A stretch of DNA of 43,543 nt from the UHGV virus genome UHGV-0074709; one strand, given 5' to 3'. Both the position numbers and the translations under genes were made by a program. Source of the DNA: a virus. This document shows positions 8,014 through 16,475 of the stretch, in pieces. Positions within the stretch are counted from its first letter, which is position 1, and the number at the start of each line of letters is the position of its first letter. The notes under the pieces were generated by a model. It did not search any database. It had not been told where the DNA came from and saw nothing but the letters and a program-made list of their open reading frames with translations.

Positions 8014-9486
8014 ATGGAGCTGCATCCGGAATATATCGGGCAAATGCTTTTAAAGCTTGGGTTTGAGGATTTTTTTAGGTATTTGTTCCGAGTTATTGAG
8101 GGGCGACCGTTTATAATGGAGCCTATACACCCGGATTTATTTAACGTTTTTGAAGATATTTATAACCTCAAAAGGCTACGGCAGACAGTAAACATTTTTC
8201 CGCGTTCATCAAAAACAACATTGTGTAAATATTTTATTGTCTATAGCTGGTGCAAAAATCCAAAATGCAACTTTATTTATACTTCCTATTCGCAGAGCTT
8301 GTTAAATGATATTGCCCGGGATATTCAAAACATAATGGAGCACCCGGCATTTAAGGCGATGTTTCCGGTAAAATCCAGTATGGAAAGCGAAACACTAGAC
8401 CCGATTGACGAGTTCTGGCGGCAATACTGGAATAAATCGGAAGACAACAAAAATATTTACTCTTCAAAAAAAATTGTAACCTACGCGGGTGGGATTTGTA
8501 TTTTTGTGAGCGCAGGCGGGCAAATTCTTGGATTTGGAGCCGGCATTCGCGGAGCTGATGACTTTTCCGGCTGTTTAATCCTTGACGACTTTGACAAGCC
8601 CGCAGATATAGCCAGTGAAGTATTGAGAGCCAAAACAAAGCGATACTATTCGGAAACGCTTTTATCCCGCCTAAACGATTACAATGTGCCTATTCTTAAC
8701 GTTCAACAACGGCTGCATGTTGACGATATATCGGGATTTTTAAAAGACAAATACGGGTTTGATGTTTTAAAAAAGCCTCTTTTGAATCTACGCGGCGAGT
8801 GCCAAGCGCCCAGCCAGTATGATGAAAAGCGCCTAAAAGAGCTACAATTTGACAAGTCGGCTTTTTCTGCACAATACCAGCAAGAGCCGACACTTGAAGA
8901 GGGCAATCTTATAAAGCGCGACTGGTGGCAGTATTATAAGCCGGAAGAAACACCGGTTGAAGGCGTTTTGATCATAACAGCCGATACGGCATATAAAAAA
9001 TCAAAGACGGCAGACTTTTCTTGTTTGCAATGTTGGGAGCTTAAAACAGGCAAGCTGTTAATGCGCGATATGATTGTGGATAAGTGGGAGTTCCCCGAAC
9101 TTTTGGAAAATGCTAAAATGTTTTGGGACAAGTGGACACGCCCCGAAATGATTGTCCGGGCAAAGTATTTTTTTATTGAGGATAAGGCAAGCGGGATTAG
9201 CCTTGTGCAGACGCTTGAAGATTTGGGAATTAACACCGTAGCTTGGAAACCGAAAGATTTTGATTTTCCCGATGATAAAGTCGGCAGGACAAAAGAGGCA
9301 AGTTGGGCTATATTTTCCGGGCTTGTCTTTTTGCCAGAAAATAATAAAATGAGTGAGTATTTAGTAGAAGAGGCGGCAGCGTTTAAAGAGGATATGTCGC
9401 ACTATCATGATGATTCGGTTGATAGTTTTACAATGTCCTTCTCAATTTGGCGTTATTATGGCGGAATGAGAGATACAGAGCAATAA
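8014..9486 (+). CDS. terL: Terminase large subunit
   Basis: Walker A-like FPRSSKT, Walker B LILDD, QQRLH, and nuclease motifs ADTA, IEDKASG, HDDSVD. Confidence 0.95.
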   Translation: MELHPEYIGQMLLKLGFEDFFRYLFRVIEGRPFIMEPIHPDLFNVFEDIYNLKRLRQTVNIFPRSSKTTLCKYFIVYSWCKNPKCNFIYTSYSQSLLNDIARDIQNIMEHPAFKAMFPVKSSMESETLDPIDEFWRQYWNKSEDNKNIYSSKKIVTYAGGICIFVSAGGQILGFGAGIRGADDFSGCLILDDFDKPADIASEVLRAKTKRYYSETLLSRLNDYNVPILNVQQRLHVDDISGFLKDKYGFDVLKKPLLNLRGECQAPSQYDEKRLKELQFDKSAFSAQYQQEPTLEEGNLIKRDWWQYYKPEETPVEGVLIITADTAYKKSKTADFSCLQCWELKTGKLLMRDMIVDKWEFPELLENAKMFWDKWTRPEMIVRAKYFFIEDKASGISLVQTLEDLGINTVAWKPKDFDFPDDKVGRTKEASWAIFSGLVFLPENNKMSEYLVEEAAAFKEDMSHYHDDSVDSFTMSFSIWRYYGGMRDTEQ

Positions 9487-9505
9487 TAAAGGGAGTTTTT
9501 GAAAT

Positions 9506-10948
9506 ATGACACGGCGCAACAAGGGAAAAACAAGACTTAAAACCGGCAATGCTTTATTGCACGGGGCGGGCGCAAGCACTTGGCAAGACCGGGGAAGTAT
9601 ACAGCAGGGCGCGATATTCACGAAAAACCCCTACTACAACAACGATTATTATCGGCGCTGGCAGGATTTAGTGCGCTGGTATTATACCGACTGGGCGGCA
9701 AAAAAAATTGTGGATATCCCTGTGCAAGACGCGTTTCGTGTAGAGCCGGAAATAAAAGGCTTGTCGGAAGAAGATAAAGAGCAGCTTATCAAATACCAGG
9801 AGGCAATGGGCGGCAGGGATAAGCTTTATAAAGCCTCTATTCAATCGCGCTTGCTCGGCGGCTCAATCGTTATGCTCGGTATTAAAGACGAAGAAGACAA
9901 CCCGGAAAAGCCGATTGATTTTGACAAGCTGGACAAGGGCGACCTTGCGTTTATGAATGTTGTTAGCGTGGAAAAAATAAGCCAAGTTCAATATGAAACA
10001 GACCCTTTTAGTCCGATGTATGATACGCCGCGTTATTATATGATTAACGGGCAGAAAGTTGATGTTAGCCGCTTGCTTGTTTTTGACGGAAGACCGTTGT
10101 TTAATAGCGCCTCAATGAACATTTTACAGAATTTTAGATTTAACCCTGCCGGGTTTGGCGAAAGCGTATTGATTCCGGTTTATGACGCGCTTGTCCGGTT
10201 TGCCGGGACGCAAGAGGGGGCGTATCACCTTGTCAATATGGCAAGCGTGCTTTTGGTTAAATGCGATAAGCTTATGGATTTGCAAGCCTCAAATATGGGC
10301 GAGCGCGGTATGCGTATGCTTGAGAAAATGGCGGAGCAGATAAGCATATACCGGGCGGGGATATTGTCCGGCAAAGATGTTGATGTCGCACAGCATAGCG
10401 CTACTTTTGGCAGTGTGCCGGAATTGTTACAGACGTTCGCGCAGGTGCTTGCTGCCGGTTCGGATATACCGGCGACCCGATTCTTAGGGCTAGCCCCGGG
10501 CGGATTGAACGCCACCGGAGAAAGCGACCTTGAGAATTATTATAACAACGTTGCCAGCTGGCAGAATACCGTATTAAAAGCAAACGAAATAAAAATGTAT
10601 AATATTTTAGGCTTTTCTTGTTTCGGGCGGGAAAAATGGCAATCAATTAAACCCGAGTTTGATATTGAATATAAGCCGCTATGGAATTTAAGCGAAACAG
10701 AGCAGGCAAACGTTGACAACACCCGCGCGCAGACAATCAGCTTGCTGGAGCAATCCGGCTATTTGAGCCGCGAGGCTGCACTGGAAGAGCTAAAAGCCCG
10801 TAAAATCTTTATCAATGATATTAAGCCAGAGGATATGCCGGATATGTCGCAGCTTGGCTATATGGCAGGCGCAGGGGAAGAACAGCCCCGGACACCGGAA
10901 CAAAACAACGAGCTTTTCGGGAAAATTGCCGAGGTGGGGAACAAATAG
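9506..10948 (+). CDS. Portal protein (DUF1073/HI1409-like)
   Basis: Follows TerL; KIVDIPVQD and IPATRFLG..PGGLNATGESDLENYY motifs. Confidence 0.9.
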   Translation: MTRRNKGKTRLKTGNALLHGAGASTWQDRGSIQQGAIFTKNPYYNNDYYRRWQDLVRWYYTDWAAKKIVDIPVQDAFRVEPEIKGLSEEDKEQLIKYQEAMGGRDKLYKASIQSRLLGGSIVMLGIKDEEDNPEKPIDFDKLDKGDLAFMNVVSVEKISQVQYETDPFSPMYDTPRYYMINGQKVDVSRLLVFDGRPLFNSASMNILQNFRFNPAGFGESVLIPVYDALVRFAGTQEGAYHLVNMASVLLVKCDKLMDLQASNMGERGMRMLEKMAEQISIYRAGILSGKDVDVAQHSATFGSVPELLQTFAQVLAAGSDIPATRFLGLAPGGLNATGESDLENYYNNVASWQNTVLKANEIKMYNILGFSCFGREKWQSIKPEFDIEYKPLWNLSETEQANVDNTRAQTISLLEQSGYLSREAALEELKARKIFINDIKPEDMPDMSQLGYMAGAGEEQPRTPEQNNELFGKIAEVGNK

Positions 10949-10951
10949 CCG

Positions 10952-12658
10952 ATGTCAACGATTGTGTTAAATAAAGCTCCGAGCAAGACACGCGGAAAAA
11001 TTGTCGGCAAGGGGATTAAACCCCCGAAAGCGATAGAGTGGGAAGCACGCCGGGCAATTAACCGCGCCTTGCAGGAATTTGACGCCGAAATGGAGTATTT
11101 TAAAAACCACGTTGAGGATTACACCCCGGCGCAGACAAGCCGGATTTTATCGGAGCTGCAGGACAAGTGGGCGAAAAAGATTGAGCCGATAGCCGATAGG
11201 ATAAGTGAAAACTGGCTTAATGCGATAAACGAGCGGCAAAAAAAGAAATCAATGGAAGTCTTGCGTAAAGCGCTTGGCGTTGATATATCCGCCATATTTG
11301 AAGACCCGCTTGTTCAGCAGGGGCTTGAAAATATGCGTTTTGAGGCGGCTTATTTGATTAAGACAATACCTTATGACAATATCGGTAAAGTCGCCGAGCG
11401 GGTTTATCAATACTACCGGGGCGAGCCTATGCCGGAGGGGCGGACACTCACGCAGCAGCTTGCCGAAGAGTTTAAAATAAAATACGAGCGCGCAAAAACT
11501 GTTGCCCGCGACCAGACAAACAAGATGAACGGGAATTTAACGCAGCTTAGGCAAACCAGCTACGGGATTGAAGAGTATATTTGGCGAACGGCACGCGACC
11601 AGCGGGTTGTCGGCAATCCTGCCGGGTTTTATCCAAAAGGCAACAGGGTTCACGGCAACCACTGGGAAAGAGAGGGGCATTTATACCGGTGGGACGAGCC
11701 GCCAGAGGACGGGCACCCGGGAAACGCTATAAATTGTTTACTCGGTGAAACTAACGTTATGTTCCCGTATGGTGCAAAAAAGCTCTTTAGACGGCACTAT
11801 AAGGGATTTATTTACATTATTACCACGAATACCGGGATTGTTTTGGAAGCCACTCCGAATCATCCAATACTTACTAGCAGAGGCTGGCTTGCGGTTAATG
11901 CACTCAAGCAAGGTGATAATCTCATCAAGGCAACAATTAAACCCGGTTGTATCACAAAAAACAACAACCGCAAGTTTATAGCCCAGTTTGGTGAGTTGTG
12001 GAATTCTTTTAAGGAGCCTGAATTGCGCTGTATTGGTGACAAATTTGACTTCCACGGCGACGGACTCGAAGATTATGTCTACATTAAAAATATCAATAGC
12101 CTTTTGCCTGAATACTGTATATCCTCGCGCCTCAAGAGCGTTGGCAAGTTCTTTTTCTCCTTTTCCTATATGGTATTCAGAAGGGTGCTTTTCTCTAGAT
12201 ATTGCCGCAAGTCTTTTCTGTTTATCCGTTCTTTTTGTTCCTCTAACGGCGTCGTGCGCGGCTTTTACAAGGCGTTTTCGTTCTTCGGAAGATGTTTGTT
12301 CCATTCGCTTAAACATTGCGGCAGATTGGTTGCGAATTATTGTCCCATTTTCGGAAAGAATCCGACAGACAACACCCCTAGAAACGCCGAGACGAGTAGC
12401 AATAGAAAGGACGCTTTCGCCATTGATATAGCAAGGAACTATCTTTTCGGGTGCGATGTTGATAATATTATGCGCTCTTCTTTTCATTTTGATTTTTCTC
12501 CTGTTGTAAAAATTGAAAAACAATATTTTGACGGCTATGTATACAATGCCGAAACAGCGACAGGATACTATATAGCTAACGGCATTGTCAATCATAATTG
12601 CCGGTGTTTTGCCGAGCCGGTTATTGACTTAGACAAATTAAAAGTCCAGTATTATTAA
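10952..12658 (+). CDS. Head morphogenesis protein (Mu gpF/SPP1 gp7-like), intein-containing
   Basis: ARDQTNK, YIWRTARDQRV and H..REG motifs; HPG..IN/CRC is split by an insertion. Confidence 0.92.
   Translation: MSTIVLNKAPSKTRGKIVGKGIKPPKAIEWEARRAINRALQEFDAEMEYFKNHVEDYTPAQTSRILSELQDKWAKKIEPIADRISENWLNAINERQKKKSMEVLRKALGVDISAIFEDPLVQQGLENMRFEAAYLIKTIPYDNIGKVAERVYQYYRGEPMPEGRTLTQQLAEEFKIKYERAKTVARDQTNKMNGNLTQLRQTSYGIEEYIWRTARDQRVVGNPAGFYPKGNRVHGNHWEREGHLYRWDEPPEDGHPGNAINCLLGETNVMFPYGAKKLFRRHYKGFIYIITTNTGIVLEATPNHPILTSRGWLAVNALKQGDNLIKATIKPGCITKNNNRKFIAQFGELWNSFKEPELRCIGDKFDFHGDGLEDYVYIKNINSLLPEYCISSRLKSVGKFFFSFSYMVFRRVLFSRYCRKSFLFIRSFCSSNGVVRGFYKAFSFFGRCLFHSLKHCGRLVANYCPIFGKNPTDNTPRNAETSSNRKDAFAIDIARNYLFGCDVDNIMRSSFHFDFSPVVKIEKQYFDGYVYNAETATGYYIANGIVNHNCRCFAEPVIDLDKLKVQYY
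11738..12487 (-). CDS. Antisense-encoded putative homing endonuclease (HTH plus Vsr/DUF559-like PD-(D/E)xK domain) within the intein
   Basis: AGGAG 10 nt before ATG 12487; HTH SVLSIATRLGVSRGVVCRIL; nuclease pattern EKELANALEARG..RQ..VDII..VAVEV. Confidence 0.8.
   Translation of the reverse strand: MKRRAHNIINIAPEKIVPCYINGESVLSIATRLGVSRGVVCRILSENGTIIRNQSAAMFKRMEQTSSEERKRLVKAAHDAVRGTKRTDKQKRLAAISREKHPSEYHIGKGEKELANALEARGYTVFRQKAIDIFNVDIIFESVAVEVKFVTNTAQFRLLKRIPQLTKLGYKLAVVVFCDTTGFNCCLDEIITLLECINRKPASASKYWMIRSGFQNNPGIRGNNVNKSLIVPSKELFCTIREHNVSFTE
12562..12591 (-). promoter_or_regulatory. Candidate sigma70 promoter for the antisense endonuclease
   Basis: TTGACA-18-TATCCT on the minus strand, within the codons for intein blocks F/G. 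Confidence 0.45.
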
Positions 12659-12686
12659 AAGAATGGGGCGGTGGAGAAAGGAAAAA

Positions 12687-13019
12687 ATGAAAAAGAGTAT
12701 TGACGAAGAGTTAATTGCCCTCGGCGAGAAAATAGCTAAAAATTATCGCCTTATTGTTGCGGTTGCCGCTTTTCTTTATGGTTGTTTTATTTTTGTAAAC
12801 ACGCAGGCACAACACAGCCAAGCAATATTAAGCATACAAAACCAGCACAGCCACGATATAGCCGAATTAAGGGCAAGTCATATAAAGTTGCAAGAACGCG
12901 TTTCAAACAATGAAAAAAACTTCAATATGACCTCTGTTAAATTGGACACCACATTAAACCGTATATCAACCGACTTGCAATTCATTAAGCAAAAATTGAT
13001 TGAAAAGGGAATGAAATGA
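12687..13019 (+). CDS. Membrane-anchored coiled-coil protein (holin/antiholin-region candidate)
   Basis: One TM segment followed by a coiled coil; AAGGA precedes ATG 12687. Confidence 0.7.
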   Translation: MKKSIDEELIALGEKIAKNYRLIVAVAAFLYGCFIFVNTQAQHSQAILSIQNQHSHDIAELRASHIKLQERVSNNEKNFNMTSVKLDTTLNRISTDLQFIKQKLIEKGMK

Positions 13020-13150
13020 AAAAGATAGCGAAATATAAATACAGAATAATTTTATTTGCCGTTTTGGTTTTGGCAATAGTCGCCCTTGTCGCCCCGGATA
13101 AAGCGGAAGAAGTCGCAAGGGCTTTTATGTTAATTATTGTAGGTATTTGA
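13016..13150 (+). CDS. 44-aa membrane protein, possible holin (below the ORF-track cutoff)
   Basis: MKKIAKYKYRIILFAVLVLAIVALVAPDKAEEVARAFMLIIVGI; ATGA overlap with the previous gene. Confidence 0.6.
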   Translation: MKKIAKYKYRIILFAVLVLAIVALVAPDKAEEVARAFMLIIVGI

Positions 13151-13190
13151 AAAAATAAATTGTGGATAACTCAAAAAAGGGGGATTGGCG

Positions 13191-13310
13191 ATGTTATCTT
13201 GTTTGATTACTTTTATTTTTGGATTGTGGGCAGGCAAGTTCCTATCCAAAAAAACGCGCGATAAAAATGGGCGTTTTGCTAAAATACCGGAGTGGCGCAA
13301 ATGGTTTTAG
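13191..13310 (+). CDS. 39-aa membrane peptide
   Basis: MLSCLITFIFGLWAGKFLSKKTRDKNGRFAK...; G-rich RBS upstream. Confidence 0.45.
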   Translation: MLSCLITFIFGLWAGKFLSKKTRDKNGRFAKIPEWRKWF

Positions 13311-13897
13311 TTTGGTTTCTGGTTGGTGGATTTTTGCGCCGCTGGTATGGCGGGCTTTTCCCGGACGATAAACATAAAGTGTTGGGAAATCGGGCGTTGC
13401 AAACAATCGTAATGCTTGGCGCAATGCTTGGCATATTTGTTGATGATTGGCAGAGCTGGCGCGATTGGCTTGTTTCCGGGACGGTTGCCTTATGGCTGCA
13501 GTTCCAGTTCTGGAGCCGCGGGCACGGCCAAGCATACGACTCGGGGCGAGGCGGTTATCCTGACGCAAACACGATGGCGCGTTATAATGAGCGCTGGTAT
13601 CATATACCTTGCGATTGGATGGCAGAAAAACGCTTTTATAGCTTTTACGGGTTGGGGTATGACTTCACTTATATGCTTTTACGCTATACTTGTCCGATGT
13701 TGCCGATGATTTTCTTTGATTGGAAATATATTTTAATCGGGTTAAGCGTTGCGCCGGTATATGCTTTTTGTTGGCAATGGAGCGAATCCGATGTTTGGAT
13801 ATTCAAATTAAAAGGCTTAAGCACCGCCACAAACTTGGCAGAAGTTGTTTGCGGGGGCGTGTTTTATGCCGGGTGTTATCTTTTGGGGGCGCTATGA
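13301..13897 (+). CDS. Multi-pass membrane protein of unknown function
   Basis: Several hydrophobic W/Y-rich segments; ATGA overlap with the i-spanin gene. Confidence 0.75.
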   Translation: MVLVWFLVGGFLRRWYGGLFPDDKHKVLGNRALQTIVMLGAMLGIFVDDWQSWRDWLVSGTVALWLQFQFWSRGHGQAYDSGRGGYPDANTMARYNERWYHIPCDWMAEKRFYSFYGLGYDFTYMLLRYTCPMLPMIFFDWKYILIGLSVAPVYAFCWQWSESDVWIFKLKGLSTATNLAEVVCGGVFYAGCYLLGAL

Positions 13898-14193
13898 CGA
13901 AACTATTATCATATTTAGCGGCTTTTCTTTTGCTGGTTGTTTATATTTTATCAACCTTGTATATTGAGAGGGGAAACAAAATAACCGTGCTGGAAACGCA
14001 AAAAAACGCGCTTAACAGCAATATAAATTATTTGGAGGCAGAAATTGAGAAACGAAATGAAAAGGCGCTGGCAGCCGATATCAGATTGCAAACGTTGGAG
14101 AAAGCAGCAGCGGCGGAGAAAGATAAGGGCGGTTTTGATTGGGATAGCTCTTTGCCTTGCGATTCTGTTACTATGCGGTTGCGGGCGGACTGA
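13894..14193 (+). CDS. i-spanin (Rz-like)
   Basis: N-terminal TM segment plus coiled coil; overlapped by a lipoprotein ORF. Confidence 0.75.
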   Translation: MTKLLSYLAAFLLLVVYILSTLYIERGNKITVLETQKNALNSNINYLEAEIEKRNEKALAADIRLQTLEKAAAAEKDKGGFDWDSSLPCDSVTMRLRAD

Positions 14194-14299
14194 GTATGTG
14201 TATATTGAAGCGCCGCGCGAGCCGGTAACGTGCCACCGGCACCTGAAGACTTTTCTTGATGTGGCAAAATGTTTAGAAGAATATAAGGCGAAGTATTAA
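14045..14299 (+). CDS. o-spanin (Rz1-like lipoprotein); true start probably near 14135
   Basis: Hydrophobic signal and lipobox LLLCGC, in a shifted frame overlapping the i-spanin 3' end. Confidence 0.7.
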   Translation: MRNEMKRRWQPISDCKRWRKQQRRRKIRAVLIGIALCLAILLLCGCGRTEYVYIEAPREPVTCHRHLKTFLDVAKCLEEYKAKY

Positions 14300-14398
14300 C
14301 TGTTTCCAAAATGGAAAAGGTTAAAACAAACAAAAACTTGCGTATTTGATATGGTTTTTGTGATTTTTTCACAAAAAAGTTGATGAAAAAGGGGCGAA

Positions 14399-14914
14399 AT
14401 GATGATTATAGCCTACACGGATGCAACGATAGACGCAAAAGGGGTTGCCGGAATTGGTATTGTCATCATCAACGGGAGCAAGCGCAAGGAATATGCGTTG
14501 TTCACAAAATGCCGGACGATTAACGCCGCCGAGATATTCGCGATACACCTGGCAAGTATTTTAACGCACGGGCAGGCGCTTGTTTATACCGATTCGCAAA
14601 CGGCGCTATCCTATATTAAGGGTGAGATAAAGGATAAACCCCGGACGCGGGAGCAATACTTAAATCACCTCGAATGCAAATATTGGGCGTATCAGGTAAA
14701 GAAAAATCCGAACATTCGGGTTGAAAAGGTTAAAGCCCACACGAACAGGCGCAATCTGCACGCCGGAAATAACAAGCTTGCCGATACGCTGGCTATGCTT
14801 GGGCAACTAAAATATTATGAAAACGCGCGGGCTGTTGTCAAAAAAGAAAAACAAAAGTATGATAAAGCTACAAAATCAATTTTGCAGAAAAAAAAGAGCT
14901 CAAAATGCAGATAG
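14399..14914 (+). CDS. Ribonuclease HI-like protein
   Basis: YTDAT, TINAAE, VYTDSQ, KVKAH and N..AD.LA give the full catalytic motif set. Confidence 0.88.
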   Translation: MMIIAYTDATIDAKGVAGIGIVIINGSKRKEYALFTKCRTINAAEIFAIHLASILTHGQALVYTDSQTALSYIKGEIKDKPRTREQYLNHLECKYWAYQVKKNPNIRVEKVKAHTNRRNLHAGNNKLADTLAMLGQLKYYENARAVVKKEKQKYDKATKSILQKKKSSKCR

Positions 14915-15060
14915 GGTTTTTTGAATTGCCTGCAGGCTGGCAGGAATTAGAAACGGCAACCGGCAACACTATCTGCCACCGGTTCAACTTATCAAATACA
15001 ACCGGGGAAGAGTTTATGATAAACTATTCCGGCGCAACCGTCTTTGCCGAATATTTATAA
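14905..15060 (+). CDS. 51-aa hypothetical protein
   Basis: MQIGFFELPAGWQE...; overlaps the RNase H stop codon. Confidence 0.4.
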   Translation: MQIGFFELPAGWQELETATGNTICHRFNLSNTTGEEFMINYSGATVFAEYL

Positions 15061-15066
15061 TAAATC

Positions 15067-15122
15067 TTTAAAGAAAAGGGCTTTTTCTTCGTTTCTACGG
15101 CGGACAAGCCCTTTTAGGACTT
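15067..15122 (-). repeat. Orphan copy of the endolysin 3' end (direct repeat of 15880-15935)
   Basis: 31 bp with one mismatch, ~56 bp alignable; encodes VLKGLVRRRNEEKALFFKDLL*. Confidence 0.9.
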
Positions 15123-15743
15123 TGAATATTTATTTATAAAATTTTCAATAGTTTTCCCTCTTCTTATTCCGCTAATTAGCGTTCCTTTATTTATCCCTAT
15201 GTGTTCCGCCCATTCGGTTAAACACATTGTCTTTCCGCCATAAGTTTCTAAATGTGTTGTTCTTCTGTTTCTTGATTGTTGCTTAATAGTAGCCCAACGG
15301 CAATTCTCTGGAGAATAATCGCCATTTACATCAATCCTATCAATGGTCAAATTTGAAGAATATCCGTTTTCTAAAGCCCAGTCGCGAAAAGAAACAAAAT
15401 CATTGAGCCATTGAGAACATATTTTTATGCCTCTTTTCCCGTAGCGTTTAAAGCAATGACAATTAGGATTATAACATCGTTGTTTCATTCCGGCATATAT
15501 GTTATAAAGTCTTGTTCCATAGGAAAAATGTTTATAATTTTTGCCTTTGTTTTTTTCGTTTTTCTGACAACCGCAAGAAAATGTCTTTTTATTTAAAATT
15601 CCATCGGCTCTTGTAATATGGATTTTTCCGCAATCACAAATACACTTAAAAAATTTTCTTTTTCTATTTTTTTGATAAATATATAAAACTTCTAAAACGG
15701 TTAATCTTCCGTGTTTTTTTCCTACATAATCTTCATCATTCAT
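15114..15743 (-). CDS. HNH-type homing endonuclease
   Basis: GRLTV, CICDCG, MKQRCYNP, YGKRGI and TIDRIDVNGDYSPENCRWAT..Q..N motifs. Confidence 0.9.
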   Translation of the reverse strand: MNDEDYVGKKHGRLTVLEVLYIYQKNRKRKFFKCICDCGKIHITRADGILNKKTFSCGCQKNEKNKGKNYKHFSYGTRLYNIYAGMKQRCYNPNCHCFKRYGKRGIKICSQWLNDFVSFRDWALENGYSSNLTIDRIDVNGDYSPENCRWATIKQQSRNRRTTHLETYGGKTMCLTEWAEHIGINKGTLISGIRRGKTIENFINKYSKS

Positions 15744-15765
15744 TTTATTTGCCTTTATAAAAAAA

Positions 15766-15794
15766 TTGCCTGTGTAAAAAAATAGCACAGGCAA
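15766..15794. promoter_or_regulatory. Hairpin between the endolysin and HNH genes (terminator or translational control)
   Basis: TTGCCTGTG...CACAGGCAA inverted repeat. Confidence 0.45.
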
Positions 15795-15816
15795 TAGGCA
15801 TTTTGCTTTTCGGGAG

Positions 15817-16290
15817 CTACCCTAGTGCTATATATTTTGAATAATATTTTTTTTCAAAAAAATCAACATCTAAAATATTTTTAAAGAAAAAAAATCTTTC
15901 TTCTTTTCTACGGCGGACAAGCCCTTTTAAGACTTGCCCATTTGCTCTACACCAGTTCCATTCAGCAAAAGCTTGTTCCCATTTTTTTTCTTCAATATAT
16001 CTATAACATTTTGATAATTCAAAAGAACCACCAATATTATATGAAATGCTAAAAAGACTTGCTTTCTGTTCATCGGTAAAGTCTCCTTTTGGCAGCTTAA
16101 TTTGTGTTTTGCAATACCACTCTAAAAGCTGGCAAGCCCTGTCTTCTGTTATCGGTTTGTCTGTTAATTTTACCCTTGCGCCCGATTCGTAGTAGGTGGT
16201 TCCGTAGCCGATGGTGACTTTACCTGCTGGACACAGATACGGTTCGGACTTAAACCCCTCGTATTTTTTGATTAAATCGTAAATCTTCAT
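15817..16290 (-). CDS. Endolysin, GH24 lysozyme
   Basis: IKKYEG...YLCPAGKVTIGYG (E-8-C-5-T triad) and GLVRRRKEE; ATG 16290 preceded by GAGGGAG. Confidence 0.93.
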   Translation of the reverse strand: MKIYDLIKKYEGFKSEPYLCPAGKVTIGYGTTYYESGARVKLTDKPITEDRACQLLEWYCKTQIKLPKGDFTDEQKASLFSISYNIGGSFELSKCYRYIEEKKWEQAFAEWNWCRANGQVLKGLVRRRKEERFFFFKNILDVDFFEKKYYSKYIALG

Positions 16291-16475
16291 TGCTTGTCTT
16301 CTCCCTCTTTTTTCAATAAGACGTTCATAATGATTATATCCGGTTGGCGCTTTTGAGTAAAGCACCGTTTAAAGACGGTTTTCGCCTCAAACTTAGAGTT
16401 GGCTTTAACAATCTTTGTTTTAAATTCTTCTTCCCCTTTAATCCAATAAAAAACCTCATAATATTTTGAAATCAT
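16287..16475 (-). CDS. Hypothetical protein
   Basis: ATGA overlaps on both sides. Confidence 0.65.
   Translation of the reverse strand: MISKYYEVFYWIKGEEEFKTKIVKANSKFEAKTVFKRCFTQKRQPDIIIMNVLLKKEGEDKQ

Larger units (their letters stand above)
11735..12598 (+). mobile_element. Intein (288 aa, Cys262...His-Asn/Cys)
   Basis: Block A CLLGET, block B ATPNHPILT, block F YVYNAET and block G VNHN/C. Excision restores HPGNAIN-CRC. Confidence 0.93.

Noticed and set aside
11988..12431. A third overlapping ORF (147 aa, + strand) inside the intein
   Set aside because: No RBS or recognisable motif; it reads as the codon-register antisense shadow of the minus-strand nuclease gene.
15114..15935. Group I intron in the endolysin gene
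   Set aside because: The upstream copy already completes the lysozyme with a stop, and there is no room for or sign of a ribozyme core around the HNH ORF.
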